Source: a virus. From it: 64,000 nt of DNA. Both the position numbers and the translations under genes were made by a program. Below, one piece after another: positions 22,987 through 32,726 of the stretch; the stretch's first letter is position 1; each line of letters opens with the position of its first letter. The notes under the pieces were generated by a model. That model was not told the origin of the DNA and ran no database searches. It saw nothing but the letters and a program-made list of their open reading frames with translations. Location of the stretch: the IMG/VR virus record IMGVR_UViG_3300045988_174094, positions 44,932-108,931 of that record, one strand, 5' to 3'.

Positions 22987-23460
22987 ATGGCACTTACAAA
23001 ACGAACATACGTCTCACGCGAGACAGCAATAACCGCGCAAAATCTCAACGAGATTCAAGACGCAATTATCGGACTAGAGAACACTCAAATACCGACTTCT
23101 CTAAAAAATCCCTACCCTATAAAAATAACCCAAGGCGCGGCTACTACAACCTATGATGGTAGTGAAGAAAAAACAATCACTGTACCTACAACAACCGACG
23201 TCAATGCAAATACAGCAGCGCGCCACTCTCACTCTAATAAATCTATCCTTGACCAAATAACAAAAGTTCCAACGGACTATACTCTCCCAACAGCATCTGC
23301 CTCTGTTCTAGGAGGAGTAAAACCAGTTGAAAAAACTAGCGCAATGACACAATCTGTTGGAGTAGACGCAAACGGTCTACTCTATACCGCGCCCGGTTCC
23401 TCTAGTGGAGGCGGCGCGACAATTACAATAAAAACTTGGACGAAGGCTGATGCGACATAA
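22987..23460 (+). CDS. tail-fibre protein
   Basis: ATG 22987 follows GAGGTGA. TAQNLNEIQDAIIGLE, and LKNP..TQGAATTTYDGS, which is shared with 28190-28798. Confidence 0.7.
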   Translation: MALTKRTYVSRETAITAQNLNEIQDAIIGLENTQIPTSLKNPYPIKITQGAATTTYDGSEEKTITVPTTTDVNANTAARHSHSNKSILDQITKVPTDYTLPTASASVLGGVKPVEKTSAMTQSVGVDANGLLYTAPGSSSGGGATITIKTWTKADAT

Positions 23461-23494
23461 TGACAACTCAAACTTCTTCTACCGAGGAAAACGA

Positions 23495-23759
23495 ATGAAA
23501 AAAAGACCAATTTTTCTCCATTATCCAAGACATTTATTCTTTCTATCTTTGGATAGAGTGCGTAGCAAACGAAACCCACCTAAATCTCTATGATACTCCA
23601 ATAGAGGAATTCGCAGATCAAATGGTGCGCCGGGTCGCTGAAAATTTTCCTGACACAGAACACGTAATTGAGCTAATCTTCCATTGGTTTTGGGTTGATT
23701 ATTGCTGTGCAGAAAAAATGGAAGAGCTATGGAACAAAATAAACCCCGAAGACAACTAA
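23495..23759 (+). pseudogene. small gene interrupted by a frame shift in an A7 run just after its ATG (or slippage/sequencing error)
   Basis: ATG 23495 plus AAAAAAA. With six A's the frame reads MKKDQFFSIIQDIYSFYLWIECVANETHL...ELWNKINPEDN* ending at 23759. As given, the frame stops after 32 codons. Confidence 0.5.
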
Positions 23760-23776
23760 AGTCTTCGGGGCTTTTC
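23744..23776. terminator. bidirectional terminator
   Basis: ccccgaagac-N7-gtcttcgggg with flanking T/A runs, between convergent genes. Confidence 0.8.
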
Positions 23777-23781
23777 TATAT

Positions 23782-24549
23782 TTACTTTAGAAGGAAGTTC
23801 CAGGAGTTCGCGCCGATGATGCCATCAACGCCAAGATTATGCTCTCTTTGCATCCTCTTTACGCCCTCTTCCATCTTCGCGCCAAATAGGTTATCCCAAG
23901 CAGGAATTGTATATGGATAATATCCCTTTTCCTTCATTAGAACCATCGCGGCGTGAACAGACTTATTGCTGCTGCCTTTCTTTAGGACTGGTAGTTCCAC
24001 GTTTACTTTTTCCTCCTTTACTGGTGTTGGGGTCGGATTAGAAGTCTCTGGTTCATATTTCGGTCGAATAATCATCATAATACAAGACTTGGGGCGAGTT
24101 CTAATTTGAACTTCGCCACCGTTTGAATTACTAGTAACTGAAGTATTGCCTTCAATCGTTTGATAAGAACCGTCGTCATTATGGGAAATAATAAGCCCAA
24201 CGTGGTCAGGTTGCGCATTAGCATTCCAGTCAAAAAGAACGATATCGCCACATTGGCCGCAATCTCGACCGACTTGGAGCTTTTGTTGCTGACCCCATGA
24301 TTGGATAGCGAAGCAACTGGCAGTTTTCTTTCCATAATAGAAAAGACTAGAAGCTCCAGCCATTCGGAAAATGTCCCAAACAAACGTAGCGCACCAAGGG
24401 AATGAGCAGCCCCACAGGCCATCATATACTTCGCGGCCATAGTAGTGAGTATTGAAGATTACGTTGTTGGAATTTGCGGGAGACTCTTTTGTTCCGACGT
24501 AAGTTTTTGCGAGTTTTATAATGTCACTAGCTTTTGCCAAGTTTTTCAC
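23782..24549 (-). CDS. endolysin: N-terminal CHAP domain + C-terminal peptidoglycan-binding domain
   Basis: CHAP-like WCATFVWD..GDIVLFDW..PDHVGLII..EGN. C-terminal GVDGIIGANSW is PG_binding_1-like. Confidence 0.8.
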   Translation of the reverse strand: MKNLAKASDIIKLAKTYVGTKESPANSNNVIFNTHYYGREVYDGLWGCSFPWCATFVWDIFRMAGASSLFYYGKKTASCFAIQSWGQQQKLQVGRDCGQCGDIVLFDWNANAQPDHVGLIISHNDDGSYQTIEGNTSVTSNSNGGEVQIRTRPKSCIMMIIRPKYEPETSNPTPTPVKEEKVNVELPVLKKGSSNKSVHAAMVLMKEKGYYPYTIPAWDNLFGAKMEEGVKRMQREHNLGVDGIIGANSWNFLLK

Positions 24550-24578
24550 ACTCCTTTCTTCTTTTATTTTCTATAGAT

Positions 24579-24607
24579 AGTATAGCATGGTTTTGAGAAT
24601 TTTTCAA
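24579..24607 (-). promoter_or_regulatory. class-B promoter (TTGAAA-17-TATACT)
   Basis: Reverse complement of agtatagcatggttttgagaatttttcaa. Confidence 0.55.
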
Positions 24608-25002
24608 ATTTTCTGGATTTCTTTTGTCTCCCAATTAGCCGCAGGCTCTTCTTTGAACCAAGGACTAATCCTCTTCCAGCTATAAGAGTATGGGAGCAAA
24701 GTATCATCATCAGGGTGTTGAATAATATTTGGAAACACAGTCAGCATTGGAATATGGTGAGTTCGAAAGTATTCAGTTATCATCAAATCATCATGTGGAA
24801 GAAGTTTCTCATTAGTTTGAGTATCTATCCAATCAAAACATGGTTTTATGAATTTCCTAGGAAGAATTATGCCTGGGCCATGAAGATAATTTGTACGGTA
24901 ATATGGCGACGTCTGCCCGGACCGGATCGCGATATACCGCCGTATCCCGTCGGTGTACCGCATCCCCTCCTCGATCCACATTCCCGGTTCAAAATAGATC
25001 AT
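24604..25002 (-). CDS. hypothetical protein
   Basis: 132-aa ORF. GC content rises toward its 5' end. Confidence 0.65.
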   Translation of the reverse strand: MIYFEPGMWIEEGMRYTDGIRRYIAIRSGQTSPYYRTNYLHGPGIILPRKFIKPCFDWIDTQTNEKLLPHDDLMITEYFRTHHIPMLTVFPNIIQHPDDDTLLPYSYSWKRISPWFKEEPAANWETKEIQKI

Positions 25003-25013
25003 GCTTGGCCCTC

Positions 25014-26138
25014 CTATCTTGTTATGATCCCAGATGGGTCCGTAAATGTTCCTTCTGCTACCTCTACAATAGGCGTATCAATTTTGTATGTTGCGATCGG
25101 CAGCCATGTTCCATCTTGCCCATTATCGATAAAGTCTCTCCCACGCAGTACCAGTTTGTCCTCGAAAACGTCGACCTGATATCCTTCTGAGTCCGCATAG
25201 ATCGTCGTAAGCGCTCCGCTCTGGATATCCCGCGGGACAGATAGTGACGGGATATGCACGGACTTGTACCCATCTGCGGCAGAATAATTTGCTTTCTTGT
25301 CGATTTCCTGTAGATAAAATTTCAGATGGGAGTGCCCGTGAAACCATACAACGTTTTTGTAGTGCTTCATGAGCGCCTCAAAGCAGTTCGCTTGCTTTTG
25401 GGTCGCCTCGGTGTCCCCCCTCCAGAAATTCGACTTGTAGTAGCCTCCGGCATTCCCGACTCCACCCCACGGAAATATGTGCTGGAACACGATGCAGCGT
25501 TTTCCGCGATTAGCTTCTAGCGTCTCGTACAGCCACTGCAATTCCGCGGCAGAAAACTGCTCACCTGGCAAGAAGTCTTTCGCGGTCTGGTTATAGCACG
25601 CGTAATTCCCAACCATTACAAAGACATCCTGCACAGTATCACTGTATGTCTTTCCAGTGTGCGAAAAATCATTTTCTTTCAGTTCGCCGTCCATCCCGAT
25701 ACCGTAGGAGTAGTACAACGGCTTCCCAGTATACTGCTGGATATAGCTGTCGACCACTGCTGCATTGATGGTCTCGTGATTCCCTGCGATCGCATACACG
25801 GGCTTTGTCGGAGCGTTTGCGTCAATGATGTTCTTGTACTGGCCCATTTGGCTTGCGGTCCCGTAGTCTGTTAGGTCCCCGCAGATACATGTAAATTTGA
25901 TGTCGTTGGCCTCCGCGAATTGCAAAGTCCGTTGGAAATCCTCCGCTGCTGTGTCATATGTGATATGCACGTCCGACAGAGCGAGGAAACTGTACTGCCG
26001 CCCGCTGGTTGGATATTTCATCCTCTGCGGGAGTTTTGACGCAGCGGTCTCCATTCCAAATTTATTCAGTAACCGCAGCCCTATTGCACCTGGTGGGGCT
26101 ATGTTTTCCGAGATAAACCCTTTATACGCATATGCCAT
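25014..26138 (-). CDS. metallophosphoesterase-domain protein in the fibre module
   Basis: ATG 26138 follows GGAGG. Motifs LSDVH, GDLTDYG, GNHE, GHSH. Confidence 0.75.
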   Translation of the reverse strand: MAYAYKGFISENIAPPGAIGLRLLNKFGMETAASKLPQRMKYPTSGRQYSFLALSDVHITYDTAAEDFQRTLQFAEANDIKFTCICGDLTDYGTASQMGQYKNIIDANAPTKPVYAIAGNHETINAAVVDSYIQQYTGKPLYYSYGIGMDGELKENDFSHTGKTYSDTVQDVFVMVGNYACYNQTAKDFLPGEQFSAAELQWLYETLEANRGKRCIVFQHIFPWGGVGNAGGYYKSNFWRGDTEATQKQANCFEALMKHYKNVVWFHGHSHLKFYLQEIDKKANYSAADGYKSVHIPSLSVPRDIQSGALTTIYADSEGYQVDVFEDKLVLRGRDFIDNGQDGTWLPIATYKIDTPIVEVAEGTFTDPSGIITR

Positions 26139-26139
26139 A

Positions 26140-27153
26140 CTATACCTCCGCGATCGGTTCGATATCTGCCATCGTCCCGTTGGTACTTGCATACACGACC
26201 GTCCCACTGCTTGGCATTTCCAGAGCGTTTGCCTGCGTGACGTAAGGGCTTCCCAACTGCTCCAGCACGATCTCGGCGATTGCCTCCTTGTCAGCCTGCG
26301 TCAGCGCTGCTTGCGCATATGTGATCCCGGTATCTACCCATGCGTTTGTAACGACCTCGGATGTCTCATTTGGGTTTTGATTGAGATAGATTTCGATTCC
26401 GTCCAGATTGGCCTCCGTCGCTACTGCTGGAGAATTGCTCCCCACAACCACAAGCATATTAAAGCGAATATACTTGATGTTGGAGTAAAAACTCAGCCTT
26501 TCCTCTGACGACGCGTCCATAGCTGTTGTCTCCGCATATCCCACCTTGAATTTTTTGTATGCGCCGTCATCGATCATGTTGACACTATTCAAGGTTGCTG
26601 GCGGAATGCTCATGTCATACCCCCCAAGGCACGCTTTACTTGCGTCGTAATAATATATTTTAGTATACAGAGGCCAACCTTCCGACGCTTTCAGATTCCA
26701 ACCCTTAAACCATAACCAGAACGGATCTGTGCTTAGATTCACCGGAATGTAGTCCGAAATTGCCATGCCGTTCTGGCCGCTCGTTGCAACACCATCTGAC
26801 TTGAGTCTCATATTGAGCTGTACGTTGGACTTAGAAAAAACATTTTCCGCGGTTTGCTGCTGCTCTGTAGATTGCTGATATGCCCACAGATGCCCGTTTT
26901 CCCCGATGTATACCTTGCTAGTATCTGTCATATCCGAAGTGCTCGCAGCAAATGCCGGAGCTGCCGCAAGCACTGCACTCCCCGTCCTAAGCTTTGTCGG
27001 AACGCCGTTCTCGTCAACTTGCACGATTTTGACCAGTTTCCCTGCGGATGCACCAGTGATGCCAAGGCCTATATCTGTACCAGTCTCCACCTGCACCGCC
27101 TTGCCCCCATACGTCGCAAACTTTCCGTCCTTGACCAGCACCTTAACCGCCAT
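26140..27153 (-). CDS. tail-fibre/receptor-binding candidate (GC-rich)
   Basis: 337-aa ORF abutting other fibre genes. No recognisable motif. Confidence 0.7.
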   Translation of the reverse strand: MAVKVLVKDGKFATYGGKAVQVETGTDIGLGITGASAGKLVKIVQVDENGVPTKLRTGSAVLAAAPAFAASTSDMTDTSKVYIGENGHLWAYQQSTEQQQTAENVFSKSNVQLNMRLKSDGVATSGQNGMAISDYIPVNLSTDPFWLWFKGWNLKASEGWPLYTKIYYYDASKACLGGYDMSIPPATLNSVNMIDDGAYKKFKVGYAETTAMDASSEERLSFYSNIKYIRFNMLVVVGSNSPAVATEANLDGIEIYLNQNPNETSEVVTNAWVDTGITYAQAALTQADKEAIAEIVLEQLGSPYVTQANALEMPSSGTVVYASTNGTMADIEPIAEV

Positions 27154-27694
27154 CGCTTACCACCTCGACGTAGAGTCCCACCAGCTCGCTCAGCGCGTGG
27201 TAGACCGGATTCCCAGTATCTCTTGTGCCCCGGTACAGCACGCCGCCCTGCGTGTAATACTTTCCTGCGTAGAGCTCCATGTTCCCCTCGTAGGGGATCG
27301 GGTCGTACTTTGTCCCGTCGTGCTCCTCGTCGATGCGGGCGTACAGGCTCTCCGTGCCCGCTGCGCCCGGCACCCACGTAGACTGTGACGTGTGCGCTTG
27401 CAGCACCTTGTAGAGCTTGCCGCCGGATACCAGCTTGTCTCCCGCCGCGTAGTCCTTGCCGCTCTCCCATGCAGGGTAAAAAGCAATCATCCGCAGCGCT
27501 GTCTGATCGTCCACCACCAGCGTGTTGATCTGCTGTTTGATAAGCATTGCACCGACCTCACCAACTGTAAGAGGTCTATTCTTCTCTGCTGCTTCGTAGC
27601 AGAGCCGCACCTCCTCCATCTCCGCGATTTCTTCCGCCGTCATGTCGCGGATCACGCCGTTTTCGTAAATTCTCACATTACATCCCCTCCTCAA
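27143..27694 (-). CDS. fibre-associated protein with CBM5/12-like carbohydrate-binding motif
   Basis: AWESGKDYAAGDKLVSGGKLYKVLQAHTSQSTWVPG. Probable GTG start a few codons inside the ORF. Confidence 0.65.
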   Translation of the reverse strand: MRRGCNVRIYENGVIRDMTAEEIAEMEEVRLCYEAAEKNRPLTVGEVGAMLIKQQINTLVVDDQTALRMIAFYPAWESGKDYAAGDKLVSGGKLYKVLQAHTSQSTWVPGAAGTESLYARIDEEHDGTKYDPIPYEGNMELYAGKYYTQGGVLYRGTRDTGNPVYHALSELVGLYVEVVSDGG

Positions 27695-28200
27695 TACATG
27701 ACCTGGACATCAAACTCAACATCCTTTGTGACTTGACCACTTGATTCAATCTTAACCGACTTAATTTGATTAAATAGCTTTAATGTTTGTCCATATCCAA
27801 TGATGGTAACAGAACTTTTAGTAAGATTGCCCAAATAATGAAGGTCTTCTTTGTTTATTGTCATCATCGTTGCAGGGAAATTGATTCTGTCTTCATTGTC
27901 TCGTTTAAAGTAACTTACGACAAGCTTTCCATTCTCCACAGTTAACAAAAGTCTCAAGTATCCAGCAGTGTTTCGAGCGAAGGTACCCAAGCTAAACACA
28001 TAGTCTCCGTTTACAGTCAAGGTTGCGGTCAGGTCCGCATCTATTGACGATACCGCAAGCGGACTGTATATAAACACTCCTTTAACTTGATGATCCGACA
28101 ATTTTTCCCCGTTTGGTGACATGGTGAAATCGAAAACATTCAACCCACCTTCCGGGACAATCACTTTATCCCATGTGTGCCACGACGCCTCAGCCGCCAC
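27691..28200 (-). CDS. hypothetical structural protein (AT-rich, unlike its neighbours)
   Basis: 169-aa ORF with overlapping stop and start to its neighbours. Confidence 0.7.
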   Translation of the reverse strand: MAAEASWHTWDKVIVPEGGLNVFDFTMSPNGEKLSDHQVKGVFIYSPLAVSSIDADLTATLTVNGDYVFSLGTFARNTAGYLRLLLTVENGKLVVSYFKRDNEDRINFPATMMTINKEDLHYLGNLTKSSVTIIGYGQTLKLFNQIKSVKIESSGQVTKDVEFDVQVMY

Positions 28201-28798
28201 CTGCGCCTACCACCTGATACACGCCCCGGTAGTCGTTCGTCGAAAGTCCGTATATCGCGAGGCCTTCGTTGACCAACGATACCTGATTGAGCTGGCTTAC
28301 TACCCCGTTTGTGATCACAAGCATATCGTTAACTGCGATCCAGGCATCCTGTATCGTCACGGTGCCTGTACACAGCTCCATGCTGCCGCCGGAGCCGAAG
28401 CACATCCATACCACGCCGTTTTCCGGTAAATCCGCCGCCGGAATGCCGATGTAGCCGCTCACGGCGCTCATCGCCTTGAGTGCTCCGCCGGAGCCGGAGC
28501 CGGAAGAGCCAGACCCGCCCGCCGGAATGTTTATCGTCAGCGCCGCAGAGCCGTCATAAGTCCCCGTCGCCGCGCCCGTAAACGTCAGAGCATTCGGATT
28601 TTTCAGCGCCGTCGGAAAGTCTGCAAGCGTGAACTCAATCCCATCAGCTATGACCTTTCCCGCGATCTCCGTCTTGTCAGCCTCGGTTAGTTCAGGTCCA
28701 GAATAATCCTCCAAGACATTTACGTCATTCGCGCCGAGACTCCCCTTCGCTTTTATCTTTTCATAAACTTCTCTATTTGGAAATTTATTTATTACCAA
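28190..28798 (-). CDS. tail-fibre protein (GC-rich, Gly/Ser linker)
   Basis: LKNPNALTFTGAATGTYDGSAALTINIP and GGSGSSGSGSGG. Confidence 0.7.
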   Translation of the reverse strand: MVINKFPNREVYEKIKAKGSLGANDVNVLEDYSGPELTEADKTEIAGKVIADGIEFTLADFPTALKNPNALTFTGAATGTYDGSAALTINIPAGGSGSSGSGSGGALKAMSAVSGYIGIPAADLPENGVVWMCFGSGGSMELCTGTVTIQDAWIAVNDMLVITNGVVSQLNQVSLVNEGLAIYGLSTNDYRGVYQVVGAGGG

Positions 28799-28846
28799 AT
28801 TAGAGGGCGTAATTGAAGTAGAAATTTTTCTCGCCTCCTTTTGAAC

Positions 28847-29596
28847 TTATGTTGAGATTGCTAACCAATCAAATTTTCTCGTTACCACACTAGAAAAACC
28901 ACTTTCAAGAATAGCAGTAAAACCTGTAGCACTAATATTATCTTTTAGTATCACAATATTTTTATCATTGAACACTTGGCTCACAATAACCTTCGGTACA
29001 GAAGAAAATGCAGTTGGAAAAGTTACAGTGACAGTAGAATTAGAGCCAGAAGTTTTAGTCGTAATACTTGCAGTGCCATATTGAATTCCTAGGTTTTTCT
29101 GCGCGCCACTCTTAGAAGTAGCACCAGTGCCTCCTCTTATAATAGGCAAAGTTCCAAACTTAGGTGAACCTGAGCCATCATAATATAATGCGCCAGCTTC
29201 GTTTGGAATTTGTCCAAGAGAACTTCCATTAGGAGAATAAACTATCTGGCCTTGAGTCCAAGAACTCCTACCAGTTCCACCTTTGTTTATTCTCAAAATT
29301 CCAGAAGTCCCACTAACCAAATCAGTCAGTGGGGTAAACCATTCCGAAGCTCCCTTCCTCTTTATTTTCATAAAGTAAATTTCTTCTTGCGCGCTATCAT
29401 CAAACCAAATCATATCTTTATCGCCAGTTGGTTCACTGCCTGAGATAAAAATTTGCGCAGGCGCGTTGATCGGCACTATTTGATTATTTTTCCTATAATA
29501 GAGCAAAAAATTTTTTGTATCTACGCCAAGACCATACTCTGGCAAATTTGAAATACCTGGCGCGCCATTACCATGAGGTAAAATAATTTGATTCAT
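28847..29596 (-). CDS. tail-fibre protein
   Basis: Two GGTG(R/A)(S/T) boxes (NKGGTGRSSW, RGGTGATSKSGAQKNLG), typical of phage fibres. Confidence 0.75.
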   Translation of the reverse strand: MNQIILPHGNGAPGISNLPEYGLGVDTKNFLLYYRKNNQIVPINAPAQIFISGSEPTGDKDMIWFDDSAQEEIYFMKIKRKGASEWFTPLTDLVSGTSGILRINKGGTGRSSWTQGQIVYSPNGSSLGQIPNEAGALYYDGSGSPKFGTLPIIRGGTGATSKSGAQKNLGIQYGTASITTKTSGSNSTVTVTFPTAFSSVPKVIVSQVFNDKNIVILKDNISATGFTAILESGFSSVVTRKFDWLAIST

Positions 29597-29605
29597 TACC
29601 CCTCC

Positions 29606-30160
29606 TTATGGAGAAGAAAAATAAACATTATCAATAGAACAAATTGGTGTTCCAAAAGGATGATAATAACTCGTTCTAAAGAACATTACTCCTTCAATCT
29701 TTCCTTCTCCCATCACATATTCAATTATATTATACTGCGTAGGAAGCGGGCTAGCATAATCAACATACGGCGCAACCGCCATGGTATTGATATCATGCGC
29801 AATATCCCAAATTGAACGGCCAGTATACTCTGACAAATTTAGAATGGCAGAACAAACATAAACCTGACAATCCCAGGAAGTCGCGCCCGCTTCACAAAAC
29901 AGTAATTTTGCTAGAATTTCAATTTCATTTTCTTCTTTCTCTATTTCTTCCCCACTTTTTGGCATTTCGCCATTAGCAGGAACGCTTGGAATTTGGAATG
30001 CGTCCAGAATAACTTTATTTGAAATTTTTAGTAGTTCACATTGTGTAATTGCTATTTGCGCGCGTGCCGTTGTCTCAATCTTTTTGAGGCAGTGCGCGCT
30101 GGCGTTAGAGAAGAGAAGAAAAGAAAGTATCAAAGCAATAATCACTTTTCTTACTTTCAT
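29606..30160 (-). CDS. secreted SleB-like cell-wall hydrolase
   Basis: Signal peptide MKVRKVIIALILSFLLFSNASA. AKLLFCEAG..QVYVCSAILNL resembles the Hydrolase_2 family. Confidence 0.6.
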   Translation of the reverse strand: MKVRKVIIALILSFLLFSNASAHCLKKIETTARAQIAITQCELLKISNKVILDAFQIPSVPANGEMPKSGEEIEKEENEIEILAKLLFCEAGATSWDCQVYVCSAILNLSEYTGRSIWDIAHDINTMAVAPYVDYASPLPTQYNIIEYVMGEGKIEGVMFFRTSYYHPFGTPICSIDNVYFSSP

Positions 30161-30231
30161 TTTTCCTCCTTTTCGACGAAATCAATAGAACCTTATTCTA
30201 AAGTGGGTTTTTCTTTAGTGTTCTCTAAAAA

Positions 30232-30888
30232 TTAGAAACCAGAAAAATCTATAATAACCGCGCGGCCGTTATCAAAACCGTAATTTCCAGAATGAAGGTC
30301 GTTGATATGAAATTTATTACAAAAACAATAAAGCTTATCAATGTCTTCAAGGTCATTTGTTTCTTCAAACATCGCGCGCAAAGAACTCTGGGTGGTTAGA
30401 TTAGAAGCCTCTTCATAAACGGCGTCATCAAATTCATCATCGGTATCATACTCGTAGCGACTTTCTTCCATCTGTCGGGCAGTCCAATCATAGAAGTTAT
30501 CACTAACATCACCCTCGCAGCAATAAACTTTTTTCTGAATATAAACTGGAATATTTGAAATTTCAGCAAAGAAAAAAGTGGGAGCAAAAAATCTCTCGAG
30601 TCCAGCCTCACAGGCAGCTTTGTAATTAGCGGCCTCAATTGCGCAAAAATCTTTTCTTTTCCCGTTGAGAATGGGAATTTTCAAAACCCAATCACCTAAT
30701 TTATCGCTTTCAATGACGATTTTTGTATAGCCATGAGCCATTTCAAAATGAGTATAGTTCTCTACCTCGTAAAACCAACAACTAATATCACTAGCACCGT
30801 CAAAAACATAGTCATAAATGTTACCATAATCAGTATCTTCAATAAGCTCATCAATAATAGAGGCAACCAGTTCAAAAGAAGGCTTCAT
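30232..30888 (-). CDS. hypothetical protein with kinase-like catalytic-loop motif
   Basis: C-terminal INDLHSGNYGFDNGRAVIIDFSGF resembles HxDLHxGN..IDF of APH and protein-kinase folds. Confidence 0.6.
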   Translation of the reverse strand: MKPSFELVASIIDELIEDTDYGNIYDYVFDGASDISCWFYEVENYTHFEMAHGYTKIVIESDKLGDWVLKIPILNGKRKDFCAIEAANYKAACEAGLERFFAPTFFFAEISNIPVYIQKKVYCCEGDVSDNFYDWTARQMEESRYEYDTDDEFDDAVYEEASNLTTQSSLRAMFEETNDLEDIDKLYCFCNKFHINDLHSGNYGFDNGRAVIIDFSGF

Positions 30889-30920
30889 GATATTCTCTTT
30901 CCTTTCTACTTTCTATAAAT

Positions 30921-30949
30921 AGAATATCATAAATTTTTTTGATTTTCAA
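30921..30949 (-). promoter_or_regulatory. class-B-like promoter (TTGAAA-17-TATTCT, weak -10)
   Basis: Reverse complement of agaatatcataaatttttttgattttcaa. Confidence 0.4.
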
Positions 30950-30950
30950 A

Positions 30951-32633
30951 TTATTGGCCGAGTGTGGTGATGAAAGAGCGGAATTCTCGGAAGAAACGAA
31001 CCGAAATTCGTGTGTTTTGAAGAGCTTGCTCGCGCTGGAAACTCCATGCTTCACTAGAAGTTGCCCTCTTTCTGGCCTGCCATTCCAGTTGCTCTGAATA
31101 AGTTTTAAATTCAATTTCAGGTGTCATAATAGCGACCTTCACAAAATCAGAAGGCTCACTTTCTGCTTGCTCGACTGCGTTAGCAAACATCGTCAAAAAG
31201 ACAGAAAGGGGTATCAATATATTACCTAAATTCATTATATGAATAGCACGAGCTCCTGCTTTCCCTCTAAAATCACCAATCGTTTTATAATCATCAAAAA
31301 GCATTATGGCAATATCCTCTGCGATAATTTCTGCTAAACGGTCCCGCGTTCCTTCGGTATCCATTATAGCTCCGCCAATTGTATTGACCAATAAACCAGT
31401 AAAAGTGCGTGCGTTCTTATTTACATTGCGCGTAACATCATAAAATGATTGAGCGGACAATGCCGATCCGGCAGAAAAACCAAATTGCTCACGAAATCTC
31501 TGATTCAAAGTATAATTTTTATCACTAGAATAAATTATAAAACCTTTATCTGCATTTTGCGTCAATTCTCCAAGACGTCGAATTCTTTCTATATTGTCTG
31601 CACGCGATGAATCAGAAATCTCCATAATGTCATCAAGCCATTCATCGATGATAGAAGGAGCAAGACCAATTGTCATAATATTATCTGCTTTCATATTACC
31701 AATCTTACCAGTATGAATGGTTCTAGCCATCCCACCATTGGCTTCTATTCTGTCTCCAACCATGTTGAAAACCATTTTCTCAATAGCTTCTAAGGTTAGT
31801 CCTCCGCGCGAAGCTGATTGAATTTCAACTGGCTTTTTAGCAGAATTTTTTAGTTTCTTTTCTATTTGTTTCTTTGTTATGTGTCCTTCACCTTTGATTT
31901 GCTCTGTAATACTGTCACTTAGCTTGTCTAGTTGATAAATTGAACGAATTCTTTCGATGATTTCATTTCTATATCTTGGAAGAGTCCTAATCGCGTCAAG
32001 CAATTCTTGGTAAGCTTTATTATATTTATTGTCTTCGCGCATATCCTTCATCTCAGCTCGCGCGGACAACATTCTCTCTATCGCTTCAATTGTTATATTA
32101 TCAATTCTTTTATTGACTTCTTTTTTCAAAGCATCTTCCAATGTAATTTTTCCTCGCGCGAACGTGTCACAAGTCGCTAAATAAATGTCCTCCCACTGTT
32201 CATTCCAAACTTGGAGAAAATAGGTTGGAAAGAAAGATACAACGCTTTTCATACCGCCCTTAGAAAGTTCCAAAGTTCGGACATTCCTATTATATACATC
32301 TTTTATATTCAAAACACTATTCAATGCCTCAATCAGCGACTTTACATCATTTTGGTCTTGAAGATTTATATGAAGGTCTTGCCCAAAGACCTCGCGCAAA
32401 AGAGCTAATTCCTTTTCCTTTTCTGCCTCAGCAATGCGCCGATAAGGTTCAACATTTTTTGAGATTTCTCTTATTTGATTCAAATGGCGATTGAAACTAT
32501 CTTCTGCCATTCCCTTCAAAACTGCTAGTGTAGGGCGCGCGGGATCTGTCCCAAGATAATTGTAAAAAACATCCATTTGAGAAAACATCTTTGACCTATC
32601 ATATTTTTTCCAATAGACAGATTGATATGCCAT
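30951..32633 (-). CDS. hypothetical large protein (560 aa)
   Basis: Long ORF with no motif recognised by eye. Confidence 0.8.
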   Translation of the reverse strand: MAYQSVYWKKYDRSKMFSQMDVFYNYLGTDPARPTLAVLKGMAEDSFNRHLNQIREISKNVEPYRRIAEAEKEKELALLREVFGQDLHINLQDQNDVKSLIEALNSVLNIKDVYNRNVRTLELSKGGMKSVVSFFPTYFLQVWNEQWEDIYLATCDTFARGKITLEDALKKEVNKRIDNITIEAIERMLSARAEMKDMREDNKYNKAYQELLDAIRTLPRYRNEIIERIRSIYQLDKLSDSITEQIKGEGHITKKQIEKKLKNSAKKPVEIQSASRGGLTLEAIEKMVFNMVGDRIEANGGMARTIHTGKIGNMKADNIMTIGLAPSIIDEWLDDIMEISDSSRADNIERIRRLGELTQNADKGFIIYSSDKNYTLNQRFREQFGFSAGSALSAQSFYDVTRNVNKNARTFTGLLVNTIGGAIMDTEGTRDRLAEIIAEDIAIMLFDDYKTIGDFRGKAGARAIHIMNLGNILIPLSVFLTMFANAVEQAESEPSDFVKVAIMTPEIEFKTYSEQLEWQARKRATSSEAWSFQREQALQNTRISVRFFREFRSFITTLGQ

Positions 32634-32726
32634 TTATCTCACTCCATAAAATAAGGAGAGGACTCACGCCCTCTCCCTACGATATATGAAAACAGCGCCG
32701 CAGGAAGTTCGGTACTGGTTTTTCAA

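Noticed and set aside
26854-27486. Cluster of overlapping ORFs on both strands (26854-27381, 26906-27388, 27069-27470, 27190-27486) rich in R/A/P.
   Set aside because: This is a typical artefact of a GC-rich patch. They overlap the well-supported fibre-module genes 26140-27153 and 27143-27694 and lack RBSs.
22987-28798. Fibre genes on opposite strands sharing the LKNP..TGAxTGTYDGS motif, considered as an invertible host-range switch (Mu G-segment style) or a DGR target.
   Set aside because: The similarity is at protein level only; the DNA differs strongly in GC content. I saw no inverted DNA repeats, invertase or reverse transcriptase in the window.
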